Assembly: GCA_003009755.1 (NCBI GenBank)
Contig: PXUB01000036.1
Span: 1 to 64,000 of the forward strand
DNA from: Thermoplasmatales archaeon SW_10_69_26
GTDB taxonomy: Archaea > Thermoplasmatota > SW-10-69-26
Direction: 5' to 3'
Length of the DNA: 64,000 bases
The notes beneath the pieces are model-generated. The model searched no databases. It was not told the DNA's origin and saw nothing but the letters and a program-made list of their open reading frames with translations. Below are positions 49,140-59,316 of this stretch, piece after piece. The translations under genes were made by a program, and so were the position numbers. How positions within the stretch are numbered: the stretch's first letter is position 1; each line of letters starts with the position of its first letter.

Positions 49140-49575
49140 AAAGGCCTGCGGTCGGGTGGGGAGGGCGGAGAGGGGAGAGGATGCAGAGTGGCGAACCCGA
49201 CCACAGAGGCACAGAGACACAGAGTAACCCACAGAGGACGGGCAGGAAGGGCTGGCGAGGAGAGGGCCCGTGGAGGCGGAGGAGAGACGGCGGGAGAGCA
49301 CGGCCGAGGCAGCCGAGGGCGGGACCGTGCCCCGTGGACGCTGTGCCGCCGTTCACTATCGGCGAGCGTGGCTTCGCCCCTCAGGTCGCGGGGCTGGCGC
49401 CTCGCTGACCCTCAGCCGCCTCCTTCACCTCTCGCACTGCCGAACCTCTCTCCCCTCTGTTGTTCGCCGCCCTCTGCGATCCTCTCTCTTGCCTTACCAC
49501 GTTCGGTTCTCTGCTTTCCTCTGCTTCCCGGCTCCTCTGCGTGTTCTTTCCCCCACCGGGCAGCCTTTTCTACCC
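49140..49575. repeat. Intergenic purine-rich/pyrimidine-rich tract containing a CACAGAGN array
   Basis: ACCACAGAGGCACAGAGACACAGAGTAACCCACAGAGG at 49200-49237; degenerate CTCTG-rich opposite half at 49455-49545. Confidence 0.65.
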
Positions 49576-49595
49576 TGCCCGCCTAACGAGAATGC

Positions 49596-50894
49596 GTGGA
49601 CCCCTGCAGCCTGTGCGGCCGGACCCCCAAGCGGGTCGTCCAGGAGATGGGCGTGGAAGCCCGCCGGGGCCAGGAGCAGTTCTGCGAGGTCCGCGGCTGC
49701 CCGTTGATGGAACGGTTCAAGGGCTTCACCGGCGAGGACGAGATCTCCGGCGACAGCGCCTACGGGCCGAGCCCGCCGAGCCTGTTCGTCGGCCGGCACG
49801 GCTACCCGGACGTACACCTCGGCCCGTTGATGACGCCGGGCGAGGTGGATGAGCCCGGCCTGATGGACGAGCCGCCCTCGTGGACCGACATGGGGCTGGG
49901 CGACGTGCTCGCGATGCGCAGCGGTCTGATCCGCGGCAACGCGAGGGTCGAGGTCGACCAGGCCCGGCGCATCAGCGACCCGACGCGCACGATGGAGGTC
50001 ACCCAGGAGCTGGCGATGGCCGCCAAGCCGGCCTACACCGAGCTGTCCTTCTCCCGCGAGGTCGACGTGGATCTGACCCCCACGCTGGGCGGCTTCTCGG
50101 CGCCGACCGGGCCCTCGATCACGCTCGAGAAGGCCCAGTTGGCCGAGAACCCGCGCGTGCCTCGCCAGGTCGACCAGATCGTCTACGACACTGACGCGAA
50201 AGCGACGACGGGGGCCTGGGAGCTGTACGACAAGGGCATCGCCGACTACCACGTGCAGCGGCTGCTGGCGGCCGGCTTGCTGGGCCGGGCCAACGACCGC
50301 CGCTTCGTGCCCACGCGCTGGAGCATCACGGCCACCGACGACATGCTCGGCAAGCGGTTGATCCCCCAGGTGCGCGACCGTCAGCACCTGGGCCAGCCCC
50401 AGCTGTTCTTCCACGAACTGTACGGCAACCGCTTCCACGTCCTGTTGATCCCGGGACCGTGGGAGTTCGAGATGCTGGAGGCCTGGCTGGTGCCCAAAAA
50501 GACCCCCGAGGGCCAGCCGCCGGGCCGGGAGATCAAGATGTTGCAGGACGACGAGGGCCACGAGCCGCGCACCAGCTATGCCGACGACATCACCGGCGCC
50601 TACTACGCGGCGCGGCTAGCTGTGCTCGAGCACCTGACGAGCATCGGTCGGCAGGCGCGGGCGCTCGTCTTGCGGGAGATCACCGACGACTACTACGCGC
50701 CGGCGGGCGTCTGGGTGATCCGCGAGGCCGTCCGCCACGCCATGGGGGAGGGCCCGCGGACGCCGGACACGGTCGAGCACGCGCTGTCGATCGTCGAGGC
50801 GGAGAACGAGATCGGGCCGGACTGGGCGGCGAACTCGCGGTTGATCGACGAGCACCGCCACCAGGTCCAGCTGTCGGCGTTCCTGGACGACTAG
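49596..50894 (+). CDS. nreA: Nre-family DNA repair protein NreA
   Basis: N-terminal Cys motifs, SPPSLFVGRHGYP, FVPTRWSITATD, GAYYAARL, GVWVIRE, C-terminal PIP box QVQLSAF. Confidence 0.92.
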   Translation: MDPCSLCGRTPKRVVQEMGVEARRGQEQFCEVRGCPLMERFKGFTGEDEISGDSAYGPSPPSLFVGRHGYPDVHLGPLMTPGEVDEPGLMDEPPSWTDMGLGDVLAMRSGLIRGNARVEVDQARRISDPTRTMEVTQELAMAAKPAYTELSFSREVDVDLTPTLGGFSAPTGPSITLEKAQLAENPRVPRQVDQIVYDTDAKATTGAWELYDKGIADYHVQRLLAAGLLGRANDRRFVPTRWSITATDDMLGKRLIPQVRDRQHLGQPQLFFHELYGNRFHVLLIPGPWEFEMLEAWLVPKKTPEGQPPGREIKMLQDDEGHEPRTSYADDITGAYYAARLAVLEHLTSIGRQARALVLREITDDYYAPAGVWVIREAVRHAMGEGPRTPDTVEHALSIVEAENEIGPDWAANSRLIDEHRHQVQLSAFLDD

Positions 50895-50895
50895 G

Positions 50896-52287
50896 CTACC
50901 ACTCGCGGCGTCCGAGTCGGATCGCGGCGGTGTAGGCGGTGTCGTTGACGCCCTCGGCCATCGTCGGGTGGATGTGGATGGCGTCGGACAGCTCCTCGAC
51001 GGTGCCGCGGTCGTTCATCACGACGATCGCCTCGTGCACGAGCTCGGCGCCCTCGTGGGCCAGGCAGTGGAAGCCCAGCAGTTGACCGGTCTCCCGATCG
51101 GCGACGGCCTTCATCATGCCGTCCGTCTCGCCCAGGCACAGGGCCTTGCCGAGGTGCTCGAAGGTCCACTCGGCCTCCATCGCGTCGTAGCCGGCGTCCT
51201 CAGCCTCCTCCAGCGTCATCCCGACGCGGCCCAGCTGGGGGTCGGTGAACACGGCGTAGGGCGCGGCGAAGTAGTCGACCGCCTCCTCGCCGTCCTCGAG
51301 CGCGTTGCGGATGGCGACCTCCACCTCGTAGCGGGCGACGTGGGTGAACATCTGTTCGCCGATGCAGTCGCCGACGGCCCAGATGTTCTCCTGCGTGGTC
51401 CCCAGCTGGTCGTCTGTCTCGATCCATCCAGGGCCCCACGTCTCGACGCCGGCCTGATCGAGGTTCAGGTCGCCGTCGACGGGTTCGCGTCCGACGGCGA
51501 CGAGCAGCTCGTCGCCGGTGATCGTGACCGGCTCGTTGTCCTCGTCGGCGCCGTGGACGAGCACGCGGTCGCCCTTGGCCTCCAGGCGCTCGACGCCGGT
51601 GCCCTCCCGCAGCTCGATGCCCTCGGCCTCGAGCCTCTCGCGCAGCAGGTCGATCAGCTGCTGGTCCTCCTGCTTGAGGATCACGGAGCGCTGGACGACG
51701 GTCACGTCGGACCCGAGCCGGCCGAGGATCTGGGCGCACTCGAGCCCGATGTATCCGCCCCCGACGACGATCAGCTCGTCCGGGACCTCGTCGAGGTCCA
51801 GCAGCTCGCGGCTCGTCAGCGGGTCGACCTCGTCGACGCCGGGCCAGTCGGGCACGAACGGGCGCGCGCCGGTGGCCAGGATGATCTGGTCGGCGCCGAT
51901 CGCGTCCCCGTCGACGCGCAGCGTGTGCGGGTCCTCGAACGTGGCCGTGCCCTCGTAGAGGTCGACGGCGTCGGTCTCGGCGACCTCGTGGCGGTTGACG
52001 TCGACGACGTCCTCGACGATGCGGTCCTTGCGGTCGACGACGCGGTTCATGTCGGCCTCGATCTCGCCCTCGATGTCGATGCCGAACTCCTCGGCGCGGC
52101 GGGCGAGGTGGGCGACCTCGGCCGATCGCACCATCGCCTTCGTCGGGATGCATCCGCGCGTCAGACACGTGCCGCCGAGCACCTCCTTCTCGACGAGCGC
52201 GACGGTCCGATCGCGGGCGACGGCTCGGAAGGCAGCCTGGAGGCCGGCCACGCCTCCGCCGATCACGGCCACGTCGTAGGTCTCCAT
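50896..52287 (-). CDS. Pyridine nucleotide-disulfide oxidoreductase (dihydrolipoamide dehydrogenase/MerA family)
   Basis: GGGVAG, GGTCLTRGCIPTK, GGGYIGLE, HIHPTMAE. Confidence 0.92.
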   Translation of the reverse strand: METYDVAVIGGGVAGLQAAFRAVARDRTVALVEKEVLGGTCLTRGCIPTKAMVRSAEVAHLARRAEEFGIDIEGEIEADMNRVVDRKDRIVEDVVDVNRHEVAETDAVDLYEGTATFEDPHTLRVDGDAIGADQIILATGARPFVPDWPGVDEVDPLTSRELLDLDEVPDELIVVGGGYIGLECAQILGRLGSDVTVVQRSVILKQEDQQLIDLLRERLEAEGIELREGTGVERLEAKGDRVLVHGADEDNEPVTITGDELLVAVGREPVDGDLNLDQAGVETWGPGWIETDDQLGTTQENIWAVGDCIGEQMFTHVARYEVEVAIRNALEDGEEAVDYFAAPYAVFTDPQLGRVGMTLEEAEDAGYDAMEAEWTFEHLGKALCLGETDGMMKAVADRETGQLLGFHCLAHEGAELVHEAIVVMNDRGTVEELSDAIHIHPTMAEGVNDTAYTAAIRLGRREW

Positions 52288-52588
52288 CAGCCGGGACCGA
52301 CAGCCTCGCCCAGCATCAAGCTAGGGTCGAGACGTGGTGCGCCGGTGGTCGATTTCATAGCGTATCGGGAATCCTTTAGGGGGACCGCGTCCACCACCCA
52401 CGTGGCCCGGAACCCTTCCCCGCGAAGGTTCCCCCTCCGCGACTCTCCCTGTCTCCCCGCCACCGACCGCGGGTTCCGGGCCCCTTGCCTCCTTCCTCCT
52501 TCGGTTCACGGCGGCCCCGTCGGCTGCCTCGATGCTTCGTGCGAGGGTCTATCCCTCGCGCAGCCGAAGCCGTCCCCAGGTGAACCGG

Positions 52589-52849
52589 ATGGCTCAACAG
52601 ACCGAGACCCGCACCAACGATCAACAGCACACGCACCGCACGGCGAAGGTCATCGAGATCGTCGGCAGCTCGACCCACGGGTTCGAGGACGCGATCGACA
52701 ACGCGCTCGCGGATGCCCGGTCGACGACGCGGGGGATCACCGGCGCTCAGGTGAAGAACATGAGCATCGAGTGCGACAACGGTGAGGTCACCGAGTACAA
52801 GGCCGATCTGAAGGTCGCCTTCGGCATCGAGCGCACCCAGGAGCCCTGA
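52589..52849 (+). CDS. Dodecin (flavin-binding)
   Basis: KVIEIVGSS..GFEDAIDNA...EYKADLKVAF. Confidence 0.88.
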   Translation: MAQQTETRTNDQQHTHRTAKVIEIVGSSTHGFEDAIDNALADARSTTRGITGAQVKNMSIECDNGEVTEYKADLKVAFGIERTQEP

Positions 52850-52911
52850 GCACCGCCTCACATGTTCGGCGGGGTCGACGTGTGAAGGAGGCCGGCCACC
52901 AAGATGGGGTT

Positions 52912-53283
52912 GTGCCCTGGAGCGAGCAGGACTACCCCTCGAGCATGGCGAACATGGACCCCGACCTCCGCCGCGAGGCGATCTCGATCGCCAACCGGCT
53001 CGTCGAGGAGGAGGACTGCGACGAGGCGCGCGCCATCTCGATCGCTCGCACGCAGGCCAAGCGCGCCCACTGGGGGACCCGGGTGCCTGAGCGGCCGGTC
53101 CACCACGGGCAGCCGCGGGCCGAAGGCTGGGCCCTGCGCGAGGGGGACGCCGAGCAGGCCCGCCAGCTGTTCCGCACGCGGGAGCAGGCCCAGCGCCGGG
53201 CCCTCGAGCTGGCTGAGGCCGACCGTGGGGAGGTCGTGCTGCACGACCGGGACGGGAACGTCAGACAGCGCCGGCGAGCCTGA
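52912..53283 (+). CDS. DUF2188-domain protein
   Basis: PWSEQDYPSSMANM..R.EAISIAN; F.T..QA..RA...VVLHDRDG. Confidence 0.75.
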   Translation: MPWSEQDYPSSMANMDPDLRREAISIANRLVEEEDCDEARAISIARTQAKRAHWGTRVPERPVHHGQPRAEGWALREGDAEQARQLFRTREQAQRRALELAEADRGEVVLHDRDGNVRQRRRA

Positions 53284-53286
53284 GGC

Positions 53287-54165
53287 TCACCCGGCGCGCG
53301 TGCCGCCGGCCAAGATCGTCACGACCTCGCCGGTGATCGCCGAGCTGTCGGCGTTGGACGCCAGGAACACGTAGGCGGGCGCCACCTCCTCGGGTTCGGC
53401 GGGCCGGCCGAGCCCGGTCCCGGAGCCGAAGTTCTCGATCTCGTCGCGCTCGGCGGGGTTCAGCGGGGTCCAGACCGGGCCCGGCGCCACGCAGTTCACG
53501 CGGATGCCGTCCTCGACGAGGTTCTGAGCCAGCGACTTCGTGAACGCGTGGATGGCGCCCTTCGTCGAGGCGTAGTCCAGCAGGCCGGGCGAGCCCTCGA
53601 GACCGACGATCGAGCCGGTGTTGACGATCGCCGACCCCGGTTCGAGGTGGTCGAGGGCGGCCTTCGTGACGCGGAAGTAGCCGTGGATGTTGGCGTCGAA
53701 GGTCCGCTTCCAGGCCTCGAAGGTGAGCTCGTCGAGATTCATCTTGTGATCCTGGACGGAGGCGTTGTTGACGAGCAGATCGAGCCCGCCGAGCCCCCTC
53801 ACGGTCTCCTCCACGATCCGCTCGGGGGCCTCGTCCTCGGTCACGTCGGCCTCGATCGCGACGGCCTGGCTGCCGGCGTCCTCGATGACGGCGAGGGTCC
53901 GATCGGCGTCGGCGCGTTCGACGTCGAGGTGGGTGAAGGCGACGTCGGCGCCCTCGCGGGCGTACAGGTTGGCAACGGCGCGGCCGATGCCCGAATCGCC
54001 GCCGGTGATCAGGGCTCGGCGACCCTCGAGCTTGCCCGAGGGCTCGTAGGCCGGCGCCTGGAAGTTCGGCCGCGGGTCCATGCGGGCCTCGATCCCAGGC
54101 GGCTGGATGTCCTGCTGTGGGAACGGGGGCTCGGGTTGTTCGCGAGGCGAGGGGTCTGGGCTCAT
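53287..54165 (-). CDS. SDR oxidoreductase (general-stress YhdF/YghA type)
   Basis: TGGDSGIGRA, LVNNA, YASTK, VAPGPVWTPL. Confidence 0.92.
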   Translation of the reverse strand: MSPDPSPREQPEPPFPQQDIQPPGIEARMDPRPNFQAPAYEPSGKLEGRRALITGGDSGIGRAVANLYAREGADVAFTHLDVERADADRTLAVIEDAGSQAVAIEADVTEDEAPERIVEETVRGLGGLDLLVNNASVQDHKMNLDELTFEAWKRTFDANIHGYFRVTKAALDHLEPGSAIVNTGSIVGLEGSPGLLDYASTKGAIHAFTKSLAQNLVEDGIRVNCVAPGPVWTPLNPAERDEIENFGSGTGLGRPAEPEEVAPAYVFLASNADSSAITGEVVTILAGGTRAG

Positions 54166-54706
54166 GGCTGGAGCTTGTCCAGCGGCCGGGATAAGCTCCC
54201 AGGGACGAACCTCGGGGCTGGGCGGACAACACGGAGCGCTTCTACGAGCTGGAGCACGTGAAGGCCTTGCCGGCCCGACGACGAGCCCGTCGTCGGGGAG
54301 TCAGCCGGTTCGAGGCGTTCGTCGGCGACGATGCGTTCCCCCGCTCGATGATCCCCCACCACGCCCGAGGACGCCGAGGTAGGTGGCGACGCTGGACCGG
54401 CCCTTGGCGACCTCGAGCGGCTGGGGGCGACGTCGTCGCGCACGCCGTGGGCGAGCAGGGTCAGCGCCTCGTCGAGGGCGGCGATGCTCACGGCCGGAGC
54501 TCGAGGACGAGGCTCCGGTGGTTCATCGCTCGTGCCCGCGGCGCGCCTGGGTCTCTCGCTGCTCGTCCGGTCACGTCCGGGCGTGGGCCTCGACGAGTGC
54601 CACCCACTGCCCCCACGCGGGAACTGCGGGGAGGACCCGGACCCCCACTGCGAGACGATGACGTGGGGACGAGGCTCCGCTGGCGGGGCCCTTGACCCCC
54701 GCGACC

Positions 54707-55480
54707 TTACGCTGCTCCCTTGGCTTGAGCGACGTGCGAGACGGTGACCAGGCCGAGGCCGCCGACGACGTTCCCGACGGTGGCGACACCGACCACCGCG
54801 ACCCACCGACCGATCGTGATCGCGGCACCGTGGCCCATCCCGAGCAGCACGTGCAGCCCGGTCACGACGACGTGATCGAAGGGCCCCAAGGCGAGGAGGA
54901 AGCCGACGAGGTAGGTCACGGTGATCCGGCTGCCGCTCGCCTCCACGGTCGCCAGCAGGTGGGACAGCAGCGCGACCAGGGCCCCGCCGGCGATCGCGCT
55001 GGCCAACCGCGCGGGCAGGTCCAGGTGAGCGATCTCTTCGCTGGTTGTCACCAGCGACTCGCCGGCGCCCGGGGGAAGGGCTCCCTCGATCGAGAACAAG
55101 CCGACGAGAAGCGTCCCGCCGACGAGGTTCACGAGGAGCGTGACCGTCCAAAGGCGGAGCTGCGGCCCGACGAGCCAGCCCTCGTCGGAGCGGACGGCCG
55201 CGGCCGCCGGGTCGAAGAAGTTCTCGTTGAACAGCTCGACCCGACCGATCACCGGCAACACCAGGCCGACGCCGAAGGCGACAGCGCCGGCCAGGCTGGC
55301 GACCTGCCCGAAGGCGTCGTCGACCGCGGAGTGCGCGATGCCGAGGGCCGCGATCCCGAACACGATCGTGAACCCGGCGATGAAGCTGGTCGCCACGAGC
55401 TCCAGCATCGGCTGGTCCAGGCGTCGTTCGCCTTCGTCGGCGGCTCGCTCGAAGATGCGCGTCGGGGACGGCGCGGTCAC
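54707..55480 (-). CDS. Formate/nitrite transporter family protein
   Basis: EGERRL, ELFNENF, NLVGG, FDHVVV, GNVVGG. Confidence 0.85.
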   Translation of the reverse strand: MTAPSPTRIFERAADEGERRLDQPMLELVATSFIAGFTIVFGIAALGIAHSAVDDAFGQVASLAGAVAFGVGLVLPVIGRVELFNENFFDPAAAAVRSDEGWLVGPQLRLWTVTLLVNLVGGTLLVGLFSIEGALPPGAGESLVTTSEEIAHLDLPARLASAIAGGALVALLSHLLATVEASGSRITVTYLVGFLLALGPFDHVVVTGLHVLLGMGHGAAITIGRWVAVVGVATVGNVVGGLGLVTVSHVAQAKGAA

Positions 55481-55833
55481 GAGAACCCTCCGTCGGACGA
55501 TCCACGCCTCTTGCCGACCGAGGCCCCGGCCGCCTCCCGCACGCGGTTGACGAGATCCAGCGTCCAGTGGGCTTGATCGAGCCCGACCGACGGCTGGCCC
55601 TCCTCCGCGAGCGCCTTGGCGACTACGTTGATGAGGTGGTCGTGGCCGTCGGCTCTGTCCTCGCGGTGGCGGTCCAAGCGATCCTCGAAGACGTGGAAGG
55701 GCCTCTCCTCGGCGCCGTGGCGGACCAACCGACGCATCGGCAGGTCGGCCTGGGCTTCGGGGACGTTCATCGCGACGGCCTCGCCGCCGCCCTTCGAGAT
55801 CATGTCCACGTGGATGAGGGCGATCTCGCCCAC
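55477..55833 (-). pseudogene. Glycosyltransferase N-terminal remnant
   Basis: IALIH.DM..KGGGEAVAMNV resembles GT4/ALG11-type N-termini; far too short to be intact. Confidence 0.4.
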
Positions 55834-55957
55834 CGTTGGTCTCCCCTTCCCGAGACCGGCGGCCAGCGATAACCCCTCGGCCGGCCGAACACGTCGGGTA
55901 GCGGGGGGACGAAGCTAGGAGGGAGAGTCGAGGAGGGCAGCAGAGAGGACGAGAGCC

Positions 55958-55997
55958 AACCACAGAGGCACAGAGGGCACAGCGAACGCACAGAGGC
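55958..55997 (+). repeat. Solo CACAGAG array
   Basis: AACCACAGAGGCACAGAGGGCACAGCGAACGCACAGAGG in a purine-rich tract; similar to 49200-49237. Confidence 0.7.
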
Positions 55998-56165
55998 AGG
56001 GGAAAGGCCAGAAGGCGGGAGCCCCTACGAAGGGATATCGACCGGCTCACCACGCAGGGGGCCGCCAGGGTTCGACGGGGACGGACATGCCCGATGTTCA
56101 GCCCGCCCGGCAGACATGCGCGCTCGGGCGAAGGCCAACGGGTCAAGCCGGGGCTGGCCGGCCCG

Positions 56166-57530
56166 GTGCCGCAGAGCTACGACGTGCTCGTGGTCGGGAC
56201 CGGCGCGGGAGCGCAGAGCGCGGCCTACCCGCTGCGCGCGGCGGGCCTGCGGGTCGCCGTCGTCGACTCGCGACCGATGGGCGGGACCTGCGCGCTGCGC
56301 GGCTGCGACCCCAAGAAGGTGCTCGTCGACGCCGCCCGCCTGGCCGACGGCGTGCAGCGGATGCGGGGCGAGGGCGTGCGCTGCCATTGAGTCGAGATCG
56401 ACTGGCCCCAGCTGACGGGGTTCAAGCGCACCTTCACCCAGCCGGTGCCCAAGGAGCACGAGCAGGCTTTCCACGAGGTCGGGGTCGAGACCCTGCACGG
56501 GCGGGCTCGGTTCGTCGACCGCCAGCGGCTCGACGTGGACGGGCAACGCATCGAGGCCGACGATATCGTGATCGCCACCGGCGCCAAGCCGCGCCCGCTG
56601 GCCATCCCGGGCAGCGAGCACGTGGCGGCGAGCGCTGAGTTCCTCGACCTCGACGAGCTGCCCGAGCGGATCTGCTTCGTCGGCGGCGGCTACGTCAGCC
56701 TCGAGTTCGCCCACCTGGCCGCCCACGCGGGCGCCGAAGCCCACATCCTCACCCGCGGCGACCGCGTGCTCGAGCACTTCGATCGCGGCCTCGTCGCCGA
56801 GCTCGTGGAGGCCGCCCGCGGCGAACCGATCGAGGTCTACGACAACTCGCCCGTCCGGGAGATCGAGGTCACCGAGGACGGCTACCGGGTCTACAGCGAC
56901 GGCGAGCATCCCGCCCTCGAGCACGATCTCGTCGTCCACGGCGCCGGCCGCGTGCCCGAGATCGACGACCTCGACCTCGCCGAAGCCGACGTCGACCACG
57001 ACGAGGAGGGCCTGACGGTCGACGAGCACCTGCAGAGCCCGACCAACGAGCACGTGTACGCCGCCGGCGACGCCGCCGCCACCGACGGCTGGCCGCTGAC
57101 CCCGATCGCGGCCCGAGAGGGCAGCCTCGCCGCGCGCAACGTGCTCACCCACCGCGGCCAGACGGATCAGCCGCCGGCAACGATGGACTATGCAGGCACG
57201 GCCAGCGTCGCGTTCACGATCCCGCCGATCGCCCGCGTCGGCCTGACCGAGGACGAAGCCGAGGAGGCCCAGCCGGAGATCGCGGTGCAAGCCGGCGACA
57301 TGAGCGAGTGGTTCTCCTACGCCCACGAGCGCGCCTCGCCGGCCCGCTACAAGGTGCTCACGGAGGCGGACAGCGGCCGCATCGTGGGCGCGCACCTGCT
57401 GGGCGCCAACGCCGAGGAGACGATCAACCTCTTCGCGCTCGCCATCCGGCAAGGCCTGAGGGCCGAGGAGCTGACGGCCGTGCCGTGGGCCTACCCCAGC
57501 CACGGGAACGAGGTTACCTACATGGTGTAG
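56166..57530 (+). pseudogene. Glutathione-reductase-like disulfide oxidoreductase with an in-frame TGA
   Basis: GTGAGA, GGTCALRGCDPKK, TGA at 56388-56390, same frame continuing IDW...GGGYVSLE...AYPS. Confidence 0.8.
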
Positions 57531-57733
57531 GGGCGGGCGTCGGGAGGCAGGAGAGAGGTGAGGGCAGAGAATCGGTCGGCCGGGGGGATCGGGGGCAGAA
57601 GCGGGTCGGCCGAGGGAGAGGGGAAGGTCGGAGGGGGAAATGCGGTCGGCAGGGTGAGAGCGGAGCGGTCGTGACGGTCGGCCTCGAAAGGTACATCAAA
57701 GGGGTCTACGGTGGCCATCGCGCAGGCCGTCCT

Positions 57734-57806
57734 GGGCGAGTAGATCAGTTGGTAGATCGCGGCCTTCGCAAGGCCGAGGCCCTGGGTTCAAATCCCAGCT
57801 CGTCCA
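57734..57806 (+). tRNA. tRNA-Ala (anticodon CGC)
   Basis: Acceptor stem GGGCGAG/CTCGTCC with G3-U70, anticodon arm CGGCC-TTCGCAA-GGCCG, T arm CTGGG-TTCAAAT-CCCAG; CCA not encoded. Confidence 0.96.
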
Positions 57807-57861
57807 TACCTCGCCTCCCTTGGATCGAGAGGTGTGGAATCCGGCGTATGAGACTTTTTCC

Positions 57862-58090
57862 TCATTCCGCCCCCCGACCCCGGGACCGGGGCATTTCGTA
57901 TCGGGGGTCGACCGCAGCTGTTAGCCCTGCTTCGTCCAGGCAGTACTTCTCGACGACGGCGGTCGTGTCGCCCAGCCTCTCGGCGGTGGCCTCGAGGGTG
58001 AACTCGTTCTCGATCAGGACGGGCGTGGCGAACCTGCCGGGCTCGAAGTCTGGCTTCGCGAACCGGGAGCATCCGGACCAGGACCGCTGC
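57862..58090 (-). pseudogene. Probable tyrosine integrase C-terminal remnant next to tRNA-Ala
   Basis: RFATPVLIENEFTLEATAERLGDTTAVVEKY resembles R..FAT..L....L..LG....T..Y; ends about 55 bp from the tRNA 3' end. Confidence 0.5.
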
Positions 58091-58230
58091 AGGTTGTCGC
58101 TGGGCATTCCATCCCCGCCCGATGAGCCTCGAGCGGGCTTCTCAGGTGTGCCCCGCGTCGTCAACGCCAGTGGGTTGTATCTCGTGAGCGGTGCTCGTTG
58201 ACCACGTGATGCGCAAGCCTTCTCCTTCGT

Positions 58231-59316
58231 TCATCGATTCTCCAGACCAGCTTTCACGCCCTTCACCGCCTCCAACCCCTCCGCCAGCTTCCCCGCCACC
58301 TTGCTTCCGGTGTGCTCGATCCTGACGACGTCGTCCATCCAGTCCTGCGGCGTCTTGCCGGACCAGTCGCCCCAGACGGTGATGCCGGTACGAGGGAACC
58401 GCAGGAACTGGAAGCGAACGGCGAGGTCGTGGACGAGGTTGCACAGCGCGCGTTCGTCGAGCTCGCCGCTGGGCGGCTGATCCATGCTCGGCGTCTCGAG
58501 GAAGATCGTCTCCAACCCCTTGGTCGAGGCGTTCGTCTGCATGCCGCTGTCGGCGGTGATGAGCACGATGCGGCCGTAGTGCTCTTGCCCGTAGTCCCGG
58601 TAGCTTTGCGCGATGACGCGGTCGTTCTCCTCGCCGCCCGGTAGCTTGGCCGCGGTGGTCTCGGCGGCTCGCAGGCGGTGGGTGAGGTAGTTGACCTCGC
58701 CGAGGGCGTCGGTGGCGATCCGAGCTTGCTTGTCGCGGCGGTTGGTGAGGGCGCCGACGAGGTCCTCGACGTCGAGCGTGCGACGCAGCTGGTCGACCTC
58801 GTCGGACGAGTACTTCTCGTTGGCTTGCCGGTCGAGCTCCTCGCGCACGGCCTCGCTGACGATGAACGGGACCCGGTGGGCGTTCTCCCCGAGGAAGTCT
58901 CCCTCGATCCTTCGGGTCGCGACCCGGTTGTAGAAGACGTTGGTGTCGAACGCGATGTAGGTCGGCATGCCATGCGGTCGGCGGGCCGCCTCCCAGGCCT
59001 CCTCGAAAGCTTGGCGGGCTTCCTCGTGGTTGTCGTAGTCGACGATGCCCGAGCACAGGCAGGCGTTTTGGACGTCCTGCCAGGAGGGCAGCTCGTCGGC
59101 CAGATCGGGGTCGCTGGGGCGGTGCTCGTTGCGGGCGTCGGCGAGCGCGTCGGGGGTGACGAAGCTACGCAGGCGGCCGCGGCGCGGGTCGTAGCTGAGC
59201 AGCTCGAGGTCGTAGAACGGATACTCGACCCGGAGGCGGCGGGCGTCCTCGTGGAGGAGGTTGAGCAGGATCTGCAGGTTCTCGGCCTCGGTGTCGATCG
59301 TGCCCTCAGATGCCAT
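58231..59316 (-). CDS. PIN-domain ribonuclease-like protein (361 aa)
   Basis: IAFDTNVF, SEAVREEL, ENDRVIA, LITAD acidic quartet. Confidence 0.8.
   Translation of the reverse strand: MASEGTIDTEAENLQILLNLLHEDARRLRVEYPFYDLELLSYDPRRGRLRSFVTPDALADARNEHRPSDPDLADELPSWQDVQNACLCSGIVDYDNHEEARQAFEEAWEAARRPHGMPTYIAFDTNVFYNRVATRRIEGDFLGENAHRVPFIVSEAVREELDRQANEKYSSDEVDQLRRTLDVEDLVGALTNRRDKQARIATDALGEVNYLTHRLRAAETTAAKLPGGEENDRVIAQSYRDYGQEHYGRIVLITADSGMQTNASTKGLETIFLETPSMDQPPSGELDERALCNLVHDLAVRFQFLRFPRTGITVWGDWSGKTPQDWMDDVVRIEHTGSKVAGKLAEGLEAVKGVKAGLENR

Noticed and set aside
56388-56390. In-frame TGA in the disulfide reductase as selenocysteine
   Set aside because: It lies in a variable linker, not at the CxxxxC redox centre, which is intact with Cys. 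A nonsense mutation or sequencing error is more likely.
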